DNA of 64,000 bases from an uncultured Acidobacteriota bacterium (GTDB lineage: Bacteria > Acidobacteriota > Blastocatellia > RBC074). A program made the translations under genes and the position numbers. Below, piece after piece: positions 63,823-64,000 of this stretch. The stretch is from NCBI GenBank assembly GCA_963796275.1, contig CAWCKY010000002.1, positions 704,001 through 768,000 of the forward strand, given 5' to 3'. The notes beneath the pieces were generated by a model. It was given only the letters and a program-made list of their open reading frames with translations, was not told where the DNA came from and did not search any database. Positions within the stretch are counted from its first letter, which is position 1. Every line of letters starts with the position of its first letter.

Positions 63823-64000
63823 ATCATCCAAACGCCTGCCACGCGCGCCGCGATAGCCCAAGCGAATGATGGGCGGCGAAAGGCTTTTATCAAGCGGGGA
63901 AAAGCGGCGCTTGAAAAGGAGTTACGTTTGATGTGACCGATACCATTAACATTAATGCACTAGTGAAAGGAGATTCTCATGAACGACCAGAACATGACAA

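Overview
GC-rich bacterial DNA. The gene repertoire (Oar-type TonB receptor, kinase-TolB-TPR protein, caa3/bc1 cluster) suggests Acidobacteriota; this is inference. The window reads as a mosaic accessory island with no housekeeping genes, tRNA, rRNA or CRISPR array. 1-8.7 kb: 3' part of a giant repeat-containing, relaxase-like ORF, three hypothetical genes and an AT-rich gap with seven degenerate direct repeats. 9-14 kb: redox and aromatic cargo. 14.5-19.3 kb: ssb and hypothetical genes resembling a conjugative leading region. 19.8-22.9 kb: gene fragments, a broken HigB/RelE toxin with intact antitoxin, and an RRM protein. 22.9-27.5 kb: an intact four-gene operon (glucosylglycerate-synthase-like GT, HPr-kinase-like P-loop protein, CofE-like glutamyl ligase, archaeal-type SAM synthetase), my best candidate for an undescribed system. 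28-31 kb: BREX PglW C-terminal fragment and fluoride riboswitch-crcB-DUF190. 30.5-42.6 kb: arsenic island with three ArsR genes and six operator-like palindromes that also precede a TonB receptor and a TPR gene. 42.6-51 kb: headless, heavily frameshifted bc1/caa3 cluster. 52-56 kb: Mla/Mce ABC operon. 56-64 kb: kinases and small redox enzymes. Many single-base frameshifts may be sequencing errors. All calls come from motif recognition by eye; no database searches were run.
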